Shown in pieces: positions 1 through 10,021 of a stretch of 64,000 nt of DNA; position 1 is the first letter of the stretch; each line of letters starts with the position of its first letter. Both the position numbers and the translations under genes were made by a program. Under the pieces are notes generated by a model. The model worked only from the letters and a program-made list of their open reading frames with translations, did no database searches and was not told the origin of the DNA. Source of the stretch: Promethearchaeota archaeon (GTDB lineage: Archaea > Asgardarchaeota > Lokiarchaeia > Sigyniarchaeales > SOKP01); assembly GCA_016839765.1 (NCBI GenBank), contig JAEOTP010000071.1, positions 1 through 64,000 on the forward strand. Direction: 5' to 3'.

Positions 1-231
1 ACATGGCAAGTAGTAACTATTGGAAGGTATAATCTCAGAACAACCATGATAGCTATGTGCATGGGGGGCAATATTAGAACAGGTCTTGAAGATACAGTTT
101 ATTATCGTAAAGGTGAACTTGTAGAAAATAATGCGCAATTAGTAAAAAGAATGGTAAGGTTAGCTAAAGAAATGGGAAGAGAACCAGCTACTCTGGACGA
201 AGCAAAAGAAATTTTGGGTTTAAAAAGATAA
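1..231 (+). CDS. 3-keto-5-aminohexanoate cleavage enzyme family (BKACE/DUF849), 3' part; gene begins before the window
   Basis: GGNIRTGLEDT...NAQLVKRMVRLAKEMGREPATLDEAKEILGL is the typical C-terminus of this family; frame is open to the window edge. Confidence 0.85.
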   Translation, partial: TWQVVTIGRYNLRTTMIAMCMGGNIRTGLEDTVYYRKGELVENNAQLVKRMVRLAKEMGREPATLDEAKEILGLKR

Positions 232-425
232 AAAATTCATATTTTTATATTATTCCATAATTAAAGGTTCCTCTTTTTTCAGCAAGAAACATCTGATATA
301 CATAATTACTTGCTATTATGATATAACAAGGCGATCATTGATTTATGTTGAGATTTAGATGAAATAGTTTAGATATTATTTATACAAAATAATTATTATT
401 AAAAATTCTACAAAAATGTGAGAAT

Positions 426-1226
426 ATGGCAGATATTTATATGATACGAGGTGGTTTCTTCGGGTGGGAATTTACTCATAAACTCCTTTATATTATATTT
501 GGGCTGATCCTTTGCATTTATGATTGGAAGAAGAATAAAAGAAAAGATTATTTCTGGGTATTTATATTTGGGACAATCTTGTACCTTGGATCTGAAATAA
601 TGTTATTTCTTTTTGGAGGACGGGTTATGCAGGAAAAATTTTTATTCGGGATAAATATCACTTCCATGCACTGGTTAACAATTCCCCTATTGGCTGTGGC
701 AGATGTCGTAATGTTAGCTGTTATCGCTCTATTTTTCGCAGATAGATTAAGAAACTCAGAAACGCGAAAGAAATGGGGAATTCTTTTTGTAATATGGGTA
801 ATTTGTAGAGATATAATACCTTATGTAATACTATATGGTTTAGGTTACAATTTTGCCACTATTTCTGAAGGGAATCCTCTTATTCCATCTAGAAGAAATA
901 TGATAGAAATGGGTACACTCATAGCTTTATCAATTATGGTCGCGATAGCACTAATCTGGCTCTTTAAAACAGATAAGAAATCAAGAAAGCGAGGTTTATA
1001 TATGATTGGAGTAATGCTTATTCTGATGACTGCATGGACATTTGGAGAATGGTTCTCGGGTCAACGATGGATCGAAATTGGATCGGAAGGGGGTCCCTGG
1101 ACTCTTGCTCCCCCTCTCCTACAATTTGGAATGTTATTATATGATATTGTAATTGAAATGGGGCTTTTTACGCTGTGCTTTCTAGCAGTTCCTTCTCTTT
1201 TAAAATTGATAAAGAAACAAGAATAA
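426..1226 (+). CDS. Multi-pass membrane protein, function unknown
   Basis: 266 aa with about 7 hydrophobic segments. Confidence 0.7.
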   Translation: MADIYMIRGGFFGWEFTHKLLYIIFGLILCIYDWKKNKRKDYFWVFIFGTILYLGSEIMLFLFGGRVMQEKFLFGINITSMHWLTIPLLAVADVVMLAVIALFFADRLRNSETRKKWGILFVIWVICRDIIPYVILYGLGYNFATISEGNPLIPSRRNMIEMGTLIALSIMVAIALIWLFKTDKKSRKRGLYMIGVMLILMTAWTFGEWFSGQRWIEIGSEGGPWTLAPPLLQFGMLLYDIVIEMGLFTLCFLAVPSLLKLIKKQE

Positions 1227-1348
1227 GCTTGCATAAAATTATATAATCTATTAAATCTCTAAATTTTTTTATTATTTTTTTATATATTTTAGTAGATTCA
1301 ATTTCTCTTTCTTATTTAAAATAAAAAATAATAAAATTAAAGATTAAA

Positions 1349-2761
1349 TTATTCTCCTTTTAATTCTGGACGCATTGCTAATTCTTCTCGCATTCTTGCA
1401 AGTCGTTCACCGTGTAATCCATAAGACTTCATAAATAGGATTCCAATTACTAAAGCTACTCCTGGAAAAATAAACATTAGTGCTTTTAATCCAAGTTCCT
1501 TTAAGAATGGATCAGGTACAACAAAAGTATATTCCTTTTCCCAACCAATCGATCCGAACATAGTCCATAAAGTTAAAACCACCAATATTATTGAAATTCT
1601 GTGAATAAATGCATTAATACCATAATAGCTTGCAGATCTTTTAACACCAAATTTGAGAGCATCTTCATCGATCACATCCGCATGAATAATGTCAACGTAA
1701 AACAATATTCCTGATAAAGGAAAACCTTGTATCGCAGTAATTATAATAAATGCGATTTGTAATTCTATTCCACTAATTAATACGAATGGAAATAAGCTAA
1801 TTATCCAAATTCCCATAGTTAAAATGAAAGCATTTCGCATACCAAACTTAAACCCAAGCTTTCTATGAATAGGCATTGTTATAGCTGCTACGACAAATGT
1901 TGACATTAATGCAATACTTGTTAATGTAGCATTATCAATTCCCATTACTTCATCAGCATATATAGGTAGGATTATTGGTAATATACTAAAGCAATACCAC
2001 ACCATTGTATTTGCGATAACAAATTTAACAAAAGTTTTATTTTTTAATGTGATTTTAAGTGATTGAAGGAACGAAGGTCTCTTTTCAAAATCCTCACTCG
2101 ATTCAACTTTTTCTCTTATTCCTTTCAATAAAAAGGGGATGGCTAAAACAAAAGTAATCACTGCAATTATTATCATTGTTAAAAAATATTCATTTTTAAC
2201 AATCACAGCTTCCGCAAGATCATCAGGTACATAGTCACTAATGAATATTGCTGGGACTAAAGCGCTTAAAATTAATGCTAAAATCGTGAATATTTTTATA
2301 AATAGATTAGTGGCAGCTCTTTTTTTCTCAGTAGGAAACATTTCAGGGAAAATTGCATTTACATTAACATCAAAAAGTGTATAAAAGAACTCAAAAATGA
2401 TGATAATAAACAAGAAATAAAAAAATTCGGCTAATTTTGCTCCAGTATCAAATGGTACGAAAAATAAGAATATCATTGATAGGCACAATGGAATAATAGA
2501 AATGATTAGATAATACTTCCTTTTACCCCATTTACCTCTATGTTTTGTGCGCTCTGATAGTGCCCCAAGTATAGGATCGTTAAAAGCATTCCAAACACCC
2601 CATACTACATAACCCAGTATCATTAATGTTGTAGGAATTCCAACTACCGTAAAATAGAAAGTAAATATGAGAAACTGAAAAATCTGATAAGTTAATTGAT
2701 CCGGGATCGCTGATAACCCAAAAAGAAACTTTTCTTTAAAAGATACTTTTCTTTCACTCAT
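1349..2761 (-). CDS. MFS transporter, glycoside-pentoside-hexuronide (MelB-like) family
   Basis: WNAFNDPILGALSERTKHRGKWGKRK and ADVIDED...G.KRS..YYG motifs; about 12 TM segments. Confidence 0.85.
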   Translation of the reverse strand: MSERKVSFKEKFLFGLSAIPDQLTYQIFQFLIFTFYFTVVGIPTTLMILGYVVWGVWNAFNDPILGALSERTKHRGKWGKRKYYLIISIIPLCLSMIFLFFVPFDTGAKLAEFFYFLFIIIIFEFFYTLFDVNVNAIFPEMFPTEKKRAATNLFIKIFTILALILSALVPAIFISDYVPDDLAEAVIVKNEYFLTMIIIAVITFVLAIPFLLKGIREKVESSEDFEKRPSFLQSLKITLKNKTFVKFVIANTMVWYCFSILPIILPIYADEVMGIDNATLTSIALMSTFVVAAITMPIHRKLGFKFGMRNAFILTMGIWIISLFPFVLISGIELQIAFIIITAIQGFPLSGILFYVDIIHADVIDEDALKFGVKRSASYYGINAFIHRISIILVVLTLWTMFGSIGWEKEYTFVVPDPFLKELGLKALMFIFPGVALVIGILFMKSYGLHGERLARMREELAMRPELKGE

Positions 2762-2923
2762 ATGATATCCCTAATTTATAACTAAATTTGCAATAAATCA
2801 TAATTAAATGTATTTAAATTTTGATCTTTTTAAAACTATATCAAAAGAAATAAAATCCATCTTAAAAAAAAAATTCTAATTTATCTTTAAATTACTATTA
2901 ATAATCAAGAAAATTGATATAAT

Positions 2924-3508
2924 ATGACAGAATTAAGTATTGAAGTTACTTATTTTGAGAAGGGGGGCCCGCAAAATACAGATAAAGCTTTAGAAATCGC
3001 AGAAAAATATGCTAAAAAATTTGGAATTAATGATATCATTATTGCAAGTACTACAGGAATGACAGCAGAGAAAGCGGCAGAGATTTTTGATTCTGATATA
3101 TTTAATATAATTATTGTTACCCACGCGTATTATTTTGCAAATAGTTCAATTAGACAAGAATTTCCTGAGGATAAATTAGAATCTTTAAAAAAGAAAGGAT
3201 TAAATTTTCATATTGGGACCCATTCTATGAGTGGAATTGAAAGAGGTTTAAGAATAGGGAAAGAAGCTTGGATGTTTGTGGATTTGTTAGCAAAACTTTT
3301 AGGATGGCAATTCAGTCAAGGAATAAAAGTTTGTATAGAAATATCAGCGACAATCTGTGACGCCGGTTTAATTCCAGATTTAAACAGAGATGTTATTGCA
3401 ATCGCTGGAACAGGACAGGGTGCTGATACAGTATGCTTGATTAAACCAGCACCCACTAGTGAATTTAAAAACTTACGAGTAAAAGCAATACTATGCAAAC
3501 CCTTATAA
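2924..3508 (+). CDS. Pyruvate kinase C-terminal-domain-like protein (COG1751-type)
   Basis: YFEKGGPQNT, IASTTG.TA, QGIKVCIEI...DAG, IAGTGQGADT motifs. Confidence 0.8.
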   Translation: MTELSIEVTYFEKGGPQNTDKALEIAEKYAKKFGINDIIIASTTGMTAEKAAEIFDSDIFNIIIVTHAYYFANSSIRQEFPEDKLESLKKKGLNFHIGTHSMSGIERGLRIGKEAWMFVDLLAKLLGWQFSQGIKVCIEISATICDAGLIPDLNRDVIAIAGTGQGADTVCLIKPAPTSEFKNLRVKAILCKPL

Positions 3509-3541
3509 ATAATTAAAAAAGAATTTGAATTAAAAAAATAT

Positions 3542-4729
3542 TTAAATTATATTTAATTTTTTTCCGACTTTTTCGATTGCCCTAAGCGCATACTCTAAAT
3601 CATCTTTAGTTAATAGAGCATTCATTTGGACTCTAATTCTGGATAATTCTCTAGCTACCATAGGAAAGACAATGGGAGTACCATAAACGTTTTCTTCTTC
3701 AAATAGAATTCTTGCCAGTTCTTGTGCTTTACCTGGATCACCAATTATTAAAGGGATAATCGGAGTTTCTGAATTTCCAGTATTATACCCCATATCTTGA
3801 ACTTCTTTCTTGAAATAATTGGTATTCTCCCATACATTTTTAACATGTTGCGGTTCACTTTCAACTACTTCTATTGAGGCTATGTTAGCAGCAACAACAC
3901 CAGGAGGATGTGCTGTACTGAGTAAATAAGTTCTACTTTTATTCGCACAAAATTCTATTAGATCTTTTGAACCTGCCACTGTGCCTCCAAATACCCCAAA
4001 ACCTTTACTCATTGAACCTCCCTCTACATGAACCTTACCTTGTAAGTTAAAGTGAGCTACAATGCCTCTTCCTTCTCCCAGCACGCCTTCACCATGGCAA
4101 TCATCAACAAATATCATCGCACCAAAATCTTCTCCTACTCGTGCAACATCAGCTAAAGGAGCTATATCACCATCCATTGAAAATACACCATCAGTAATGA
4201 TACAAATTCTTCTTGCACCTTCTTTCTCAGCTTCTTTGAGCTGATCTTCTAAATCTCCTATATCTCTATGTTTATAAATAATACGCTTCGCTCCTGATAA
4301 TCTAACTCCGTCAATGATTGAACCATGATTTAATTCATCAGAGACTACGATATCTGGTTTTCCAACTAACATTGGAATTAATCCCGAATTAACTGCAAAA
4401 CCAGTTTGGCATAAAAGAGATGCTTCTACCTCTTTAAATTCTGCAAATTTAGCTTGAAATTCCTTTGTTAAATCAAAAGAACCAGCGATCACAGGAACTG
4501 CTCCTGCACCGGCACCATATTTTTTTGTTGCATCAATTGAGGCTTGTATTACTCTCGGGTGAGTTGCTAATCCTAGATAATTATTAGTATTGAGCATTAG
4601 TACATCTTTTCCATCAACTGTAGAATGAGGTTTTGAACCTTTTTCAAGATATCGGATTATCCATTCTAAATTGTTGTTTCTTAATTCAGTCATATCTTCC
4701 TTAAGAAAAGCAATTGGATCTCTCTTCAC
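3542..4729 (-). CDS. kbl: Glycine C-acetyltransferase (2-amino-3-ketobutyrate CoA ligase), AOS family PLP enzyme
   Basis: NNYLGL, SDELNHGSIIDG, DGVFSMDGD, DDCHG, SMSKGFG, RIRVQM; divergent from a threonine dehydrogenase. Confidence 0.85.
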   Translation of the reverse strand: MKRDPIAFLKEDMTELRNNNLEWIIRYLEKGSKPHSTVDGKDVLMLNTNNYLGLATHPRVIQASIDATKKYGAGAGAVPVIAGSFDLTKEFQAKFAEFKEVEASLLCQTGFAVNSGLIPMLVGKPDIVVSDELNHGSIIDGVRLSGAKRIIYKHRDIGDLEDQLKEAEKEGARRICIITDGVFSMDGDIAPLADVARVGEDFGAMIFVDDCHGEGVLGEGRGIVAHFNLQGKVHVEGGSMSKGFGVFGGTVAGSKDLIEFCANKSRTYLLSTAHPPGVVAANIASIEVVESEPQHVKNVWENTNYFKKEVQDMGYNTGNSETPIIPLIIGDPGKAQELARILFEEENVYGTPIVFPMVARELSRIRVQMNALLTKDDLEYALRAIEKVGKKLNII

Positions 4730-4910
4730 ATAATCACCTATTAAAATTAGATTTTTTTGAAAAAATTAATATTTTAAAGGTATTTAAAAAAGTATATTAG
4801 TTTTACCCAAATTAAAAGAACATTCAAAATCATAAGGAAAGACATAAACCTTTTTTAATTGAGTATATTAAGAATAATACTAAATTTTTTGAAATAAAAA
4901 GTTGATATAA

Positions 4911-5855
4911 ATGAGAAAAATTTTAGTAATAGGAGCTGCTGGACAAATTGGAAGTGAACTTGTCCCAGCTTTAAGAGAGAAATATGGAAATGACAATGTT
5001 ATAGCAACTGGAAGAAAAACACCATTACCTGAGATAATAACTGAAAATGGTCCAGTTATTTATTTAGATACATTAGAAAAAGATTTGCTTTCTAAAGCAT
5101 TATTTGAATATGATATTAATACAATATTTCATATGGCTTCAGTTTTATCTGCTACAGGGGAAAAGATGCCACAAACTGCGTGGAACATAAATATAAACGG
5201 GTTAATTAATGTCTTAGAGGCTGGAAGAAGGTATAATATTGATAGAATAATATGGCCAAGCTCTATTGCGGCTTTTGGACCAACTACACCTAGAGAAAAC
5301 ACACCAAACACTACAACTTTGCAACCTACAACAATGTATGGCATTACGAAAGTAAGTGGCGAATTATTAATTGAATATTATTTTAAAAAATATAAACTTG
5401 ATACAAGGTCGATGAGATTACCGGGTATTGTAAGCAGTGAAACGTTACCTGGTGGTGGGACAACTGATTATGCGGTAGAAATATTCTATGAAGCAATAAA
5501 GAATAAACATTATACCTGCTTCTTAAAGGAAGATACAGTCTTACCCATGATGTATATGCCTGATTGTAATAAATGTATGATAGATCTTTTAGAAGCAGAT
5601 GTTTATAAACTTAAACGTCACGTCTACAATATTACCGGATTTAGTTTTTCAGCAGGTGAACTGGCAGCTGAAATTAAAAAACATATTCCAGAGTTCACTA
5701 TAGAATATAAACCTGATTATAGGCAAGAAATTGCTGATTCATGGCCTAAATCCATAGATGATTCCCTTGCTCGTGAAGAATGGGGTTGGAATCCTAATTA
5801 TGATTTAGAAAAGATGACAGAAGATATGATAGAGAAATTAAGTAAAAGATTATGA
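4911..5855 (+). CDS. L-threonine 3-dehydrogenase, SDR/epimerase type
   Basis: GAAGQIG Rossmann motif, YGITK catalytic motif, PGGGTTDYAV, LPMMYMPD, RQEIADSWP. Confidence 0.85.
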   Translation: MRKILVIGAAGQIGSELVPALREKYGNDNVIATGRKTPLPEIITENGPVIYLDTLEKDLLSKALFEYDINTIFHMASVLSATGEKMPQTAWNININGLINVLEAGRRYNIDRIIWPSSIAAFGPTTPRENTPNTTTLQPTTMYGITKVSGELLIEYYFKKYKLDTRSMRLPGIVSSETLPGGGTTDYAVEIFYEAIKNKHYTCFLKEDTVLPMMYMPDCNKCMIDLLEADVYKLKRHVYNITGFSFSAGELAAEIKKHIPEFTIEYKPDYRQEIADSWPKSIDDSLAREEWGWNPNYDLEKMTEDMIEKLSKRL

Positions 5856-5941
5856 CTATATACAAAAAGCCCTATCTATCTTATTATTTTATTAGAATCT
5901 ATAGCCAAAAATTTTAAATTTCATTTAAAGATAAATATCTT

Positions 5942-6700
5942 ATGGATGATACCGATAATGGATATGCTATAGTTATAGAAGATTTAGTAAAAAAATATGA
6001 TGATTTAATAGCGGTTGATGGATTAAATCTTGAAATTAAAAGTGGAGAATTATTCGGTCTTTTAGGACCTAATGGCGCGGGCAAAACTACCACAATTAAT
6101 ATTCTTAATGGTTTACTAAAGCCAACCAAAGGAACTGCATTCGTTGCTGGATATGATGTAAAAAAAGATCTTAATAACATTAAAGAATTGATTGGAGTAT
6201 GCCCTCAAGAAGCTGCTCTTTACAAATTTCTTACCGGACGAGAAAATCTTGAACTATTTGGAAACCTAAATGGAATGCCAAAAAATAAGATAAAAGAGAG
6301 AATGGATTATCTTTTAGAGTTATTAGATTTTGAAGAGGATAGTAGAAGAAAGGTTAAAGGATATAGTGGAGGGATGCTTCGCAAGTTAAATATGCTTGTT
6401 GCATTGATTCACGATCCAAAAATAGCATTTCTTGATGAACCAACCGTTGGAATGGATCCTAGAGCTCGTAGGAAGGTTTGGGAATTTATTGGATCTCTTA
6501 AAAGCCAAAACAAAACCATCATTTTAACAACTCATTATATCGAAGAAGCTGAAGCTCTCTCGGATAGAGTTGGCATTATTGATTATGGTGAACTTATTGC
6601 GCTTGGTACTCCAAAAGAATTAATGGAAAAACATGAAGCTAAAAATTTAGAAGAAGTATTTCTTAAAATAACGGGTAGAAGAATATTGGAGGGGATTTAA
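5942..6700 (+). CDS. ABC-2 type exporter ATP-binding subunit
   Basis: GPNGAGKTT Walker A, YSGGM signature, FLDEPT Walker B, TTHY. Confidence 0.92.
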   Translation: MDDTDNGYAIVIEDLVKKYDDLIAVDGLNLEIKSGELFGLLGPNGAGKTTTINILNGLLKPTKGTAFVAGYDVKKDLNNIKELIGVCPQEAALYKFLTGRENLELFGNLNGMPKNKIKERMDYLLELLDFEEDSRRKVKGYSGGMLRKLNMLVALIHDPKIAFLDEPTVGMDPRARRKVWEFIGSLKSQNKTIILTTHYIEEAEALSDRVGIIDYGELIALGTPKELMEKHEAKNLEEVFLKITGRRILEGI

Positions 6701-6702
6701 AA

Positions 6703-7434
6703 ATGAAAATGCAAAAAACATTAGCTCTTGTGAAAATGGAATTAAAAAAAATAATAAGAGAACCAGCTTATTTATTTTTAATGATTTTATTTCCCGCTGT
6801 ACTCACTCTGGTGTTTGGTTTGGCTTTTGGATCTCCTCAATTTAATTATATGGCACCAGGATTATTCGCTTATGCTTGTATTTTTATAATTATGATTGTA
6901 GCTCAATCATTTAGCGATGATCGTGAGCAAGGACTTTTAAAGAGGATAAATATAACTCCTACTACATCTGGAGAATTCATGGGCAGCCATATTATTTCAA
7001 ATACATTACTTTCCATCTTTCAGGTAGCAATTGTTGCCGTTTGCTCACTCATTATAGGTTTCCGGCCGAAAGGAGGTGCTACAGGATTCTTATTAGCATT
7101 TGTCCTCATAATTGTTCTATCTATATGTTCTGTTGGATTTGGGCTGATAACTGCTAGCGTAGCAAAAAGTGCGGGAACAGCCACTGGATTATCATTTATT
7201 TTTATACTTCCACAGATGTTTTTTGGAACGTTTATTCCTCTAAATGATGCAACAAGGATGATTGCGTATTTTCTACCGAGTTATTATGCTACTGATGCAT
7301 TAAATCTGATTTTTCTCGAAGGAGTTCCTTTAACAGAATTAACAATTTGGATCGACCTAGGGATCTTATCAATAATGAGTGTTGTAATTGTCCTTCTCGG
7401 CATATTATTATTTAAAAAATATGGAAAAGCGTAA
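6703..7434 (+). CDS. ABC-2 type exporter permease
   Basis: 6 TM segments, DREQGLLKRI motif, 2 bp downstream of the ATPase. Confidence 0.88.
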   Translation: MKMQKTLALVKMELKKIIREPAYLFLMILFPAVLTLVFGLAFGSPQFNYMAPGLFAYACIFIIMIVAQSFSDDREQGLLKRINITPTTSGEFMGSHIISNTLLSIFQVAIVAVCSLIIGFRPKGGATGFLLAFVLIIVLSICSVGFGLITASVAKSAGTATGLSFIFILPQMFFGTFIPLNDATRMIAYFLPSYYATDALNLIFLEGVPLTELTIWIDLGILSIMSVVIVLLGILLFKKYGKA

Positions 7435-7557
7435 AAATAGAATAATTACGTAGAATTTTTTCATTTTTTTTTCATTATTATCTAACCAAATTAGAAATTT
7501 TTTTAACGTAGAAATCAATTTATTACTAATATTTTGTTGCTAAAATGTGATTTTTAA

Positions 7558-8328
7558 ATGAAAATTGTATTTCATGAAAGATATTATAATTCAAGTTATA
7601 CTTATGATCCAGCAGCAGAAGCAGGACGACTTGAGGGAATTATCAATTTAATGAAAGGCAAGTCAGATTATGAATTTATAAAACCTGAACCTGCTCTAGA
7701 GGAGGATATTCTCAGAGCTCATACAGAAAGGCACCTAAGAAATATCAAACGAAATAGCCTATTATTTGAACTAGCTTCACTAGCTGCAGGGGGTGCTATT
7801 TTGGCAGCAGAAGAAGGCTTTAAAGGAAACCCTACTTTTGCTGTGATACGTCCTCCAGGACATCATGCTTCAGCGGACTCTTGTTGGGGTTTTTGTTTTT
7901 TCAATAATATTAGTATAAGCCTGCTGAAGTTACTTTCAGAGGGAAAGATAAAATCTGCATTTGTGTTAGATTTTGACCTTCACACAGGTGATGGTAATAT
8001 TAATATATTAAAAAACAGAGATGATGATTTCCGCGTTAAGATATTAAATCCATATTCTAATAGTCCTTCCAGTTATATTAAGGAAGTTGAAAATTATATG
8101 CAACAACTTGGAGAGATTGATGTATTTGTCGCTTCAGCAGGATTCGACCAAGGAATAGCGGATTGGGGTCATTTATTATATCCAGAAGATTACACAGAAT
8201 TAGGCAGATTAATGAAGGAATATTCAGAGAAATTATGCAAAGGTCGTCGATATGCGTTATTGGAAGGGGGATATAATCATAATGTTTTACCAAAAAATGT
8301 TGATTCTTTTTGTCAAGGATTTAAATAA
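7558..8328 (+). CDS. Histone deacetylase family (Zn-dependent) amidohydrolase
   Basis: RPPGHHA, GFCFFNN, DFDLHTGDG, SAGFD, LEGGY. Confidence 0.9.
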   Translation: MKIVFHERYYNSSYTYDPAAEAGRLEGIINLMKGKSDYEFIKPEPALEEDILRAHTERHLRNIKRNSLLFELASLAAGGAILAAEEGFKGNPTFAVIRPPGHHASADSCWGFCFFNNISISLLKLLSEGKIKSAFVLDFDLHTGDGNINILKNRDDDFRVKILNPYSNSPSSYIKEVENYMQQLGEIDVFVASAGFDQGIADWGHLLYPEDYTELGRLMKEYSEKLCKGRRYALLEGGYNHNVLPKNVDSFCQGFK

Positions 8329-8369
8329 TTTTACTTTTTTCATATATCACCTTTTTTCTAACTATCATA

Positions 8370-8993
8370 CTAAACACTATCTCTTTTAAGATAATACTTT
8401 AATGAAAAAGTTACTAAATTTGAAAGAAATTCAACAAATTTGTCATCTGTATCAAATAATTCCATTACAGATAAATGATGATATAAAATCGCATTAACAA
8501 GGTTAAATATAAAGATAAATACTTCAATCAACTTTTTCTCAGGTATTTGTTTAAAATTTTCATTTATTTTCTGCAATTTCTCCGCTCTATCTTTAAAAAT
8601 GTTGAAAATTTTCTCTTTGTGGGTATTATGCAATATTTTATCAGATTGTATAGCAGATCTAAAAGCAAGATTATATCCTTTATTTTCTTGGTGATTTTTA
8701 AACAAATCTAAAACAAAATGATTAAGAAAATCCCTTACATTTTCATCATTTATGTTACCTAAATCCTGATGATCCAAAAACGTTTCCATCGAATCTTCAA
8801 AATATTTTCGTATAATATCTTCTTTCCCTTTTGGAAAATATTTATAAATCGTGCCAATACTAATCTTAGCTGATTTTGCAACATGATTTGTACTTGTTTT
8901 ATGATAGCCTCTTTCTAAAATTAGATTAAAAAAGGTATTATAAATTAGGTTAATTTTCTCTTGTTTATCTCGCTTAAACTTTTTACTTGACAT
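8370..8993 (-). CDS. TetR/AcrR family transcriptional regulator (probable start at ATG 8993, MSSKKF)
   Basis: GYHKTSTNHVAKSAKISIGTIYKYFPKGK HTH; the longer ORF-track start overlaps the operator palindromes. Confidence 0.85.
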   Translation of the reverse strand: MSSKKFKRDKQEKINLIYNTFFNLILERGYHKTSTNHVAKSAKISIGTIYKYFPKGKEDIIRKYFEDSMETFLDHQDLGNINDENVRDFLNHFVLDLFKNHQENKGYNLAFRSAIQSDKILHNTHKEKIFNIFKDRAEKLQKINENFKQIPEKKLIEVFIFIFNLVNAILYHHLSVMELFDTDDKFVEFLSNLVTFSLKYYLKRDSV

Positions 8994-9006
8994 AATGAAT
9001 GCATTA

Positions 9007-9057
9007 AATGAGTAATTACTCATTAAGTTTATAAGTAAGCAAATACTCACTTACTTA
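9007..9057. promoter_or_regulatory. Probable TetR operator pair
   Basis: Perfect 18-bp palindrome AATGAGTAATTACTCATT (9007-9024) plus a degenerate copy inside TAAGTAAG-N10-CTTACTTA (9032-9057), between divergent tetR and methyltransferase genes. Confidence 0.7.
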
Positions 9058-9096
9058 AATATTTTCCTTAAAATCAAAAAGTAGTGTTATAAATAA

Positions 9097-9972
9097 ATGA
9101 CTCAAGTCGAAATCATAAAATTCCACAAACCTATAGATCATAATGATCTTAATATGGTAGAAAGCATTATATATCCTATATTTTCTAAGAAAACCAAAAA
9201 AGATAAACATTATTGGAATGAAATCCGTTCATTATTATTATCTGCTATGAAACATTTTAAAGTTAATTCTCTTAAAAGAAATATATTTTGGTTATATGTA
9301 TGTAGAACCATAACCAAAGGTCTAAAAAAAGGATTACCTCTTTTAAAAGTTGAAAAAACACTGCGTAAGTTTATTAGAAGGCATGTTGATAATGAAAAAG
9401 ATATAAAAGCTGAAGAATTTAAATATGCTAAAATCAGGTTTGAAAAAATAAAACAATACATCGTAGGAAATACGATACTTGATCTTGGTGCTGGAAATGG
9501 GCTTTTAGCTCTAGAAATAAAAAAACAGCTTAATAAAGAAGTTAAATTGGTTGATATCGTAGATTATAATTATACAGATTTGCCATTGATTTTATATAAT
9601 CCAGAGAGTAAAGTACCGTTAACGGATAAGGAAGTAGATACTACCATTCTATATACCGTCTTACATCATGCGAGTGACCCCGAACATTTATTGGAAGAGG
9701 CAACAAGAGTAACTAGACGACGCTTAGTAATCAAGGAAAGTTATATTGAGGAAGATGATATTAAGATGACTAATAGCTTTGTTGATTGGTTTTATAATCG
9801 AGTAATTGGTGACGAAGATATCAATGTGCCTCTTAATTTTCTTAAAGTGGAGGCATGGGAACAACTTCTGAAATCATATGGATTTGAAGTGATTGAAACT
9901 AATTATGTTGGAATTGATGAACCCGCTGTACCAGAACAACATGTATTTATTATCGCTGACCGTACAAGTTAA
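9097..9972 (+). CDS. Class I SAM-dependent methyltransferase
   Basis: ILDLGAGNG motif I, YTVLHH, EEATRV. Confidence 0.85.
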   Translation: MTQVEIIKFHKPIDHNDLNMVESIIYPIFSKKTKKDKHYWNEIRSLLLSAMKHFKVNSLKRNIFWLYVCRTITKGLKKGLPLLKVEKTLRKFIRRHVDNEKDIKAEEFKYAKIRFEKIKQYIVGNTILDLGAGNGLLALEIKKQLNKEVKLVDIVDYNYTDLPLILYNPESKVPLTDKEVDTTILYTVLHHASDPEHLLEEATRVTRRRLVIKESYIEEDDIKMTNSFVDWFYNRVIGDEDINVPLNFLKVEAWEQLLKSYGFEVIETNYVGIDEPAVPEQHVFIIADRTS

Positions 9973-10021
9973 TTAAATATTAAGTCAACAAAGAATTAAT
10001 TTTAAGCACTTTCATTTTACT

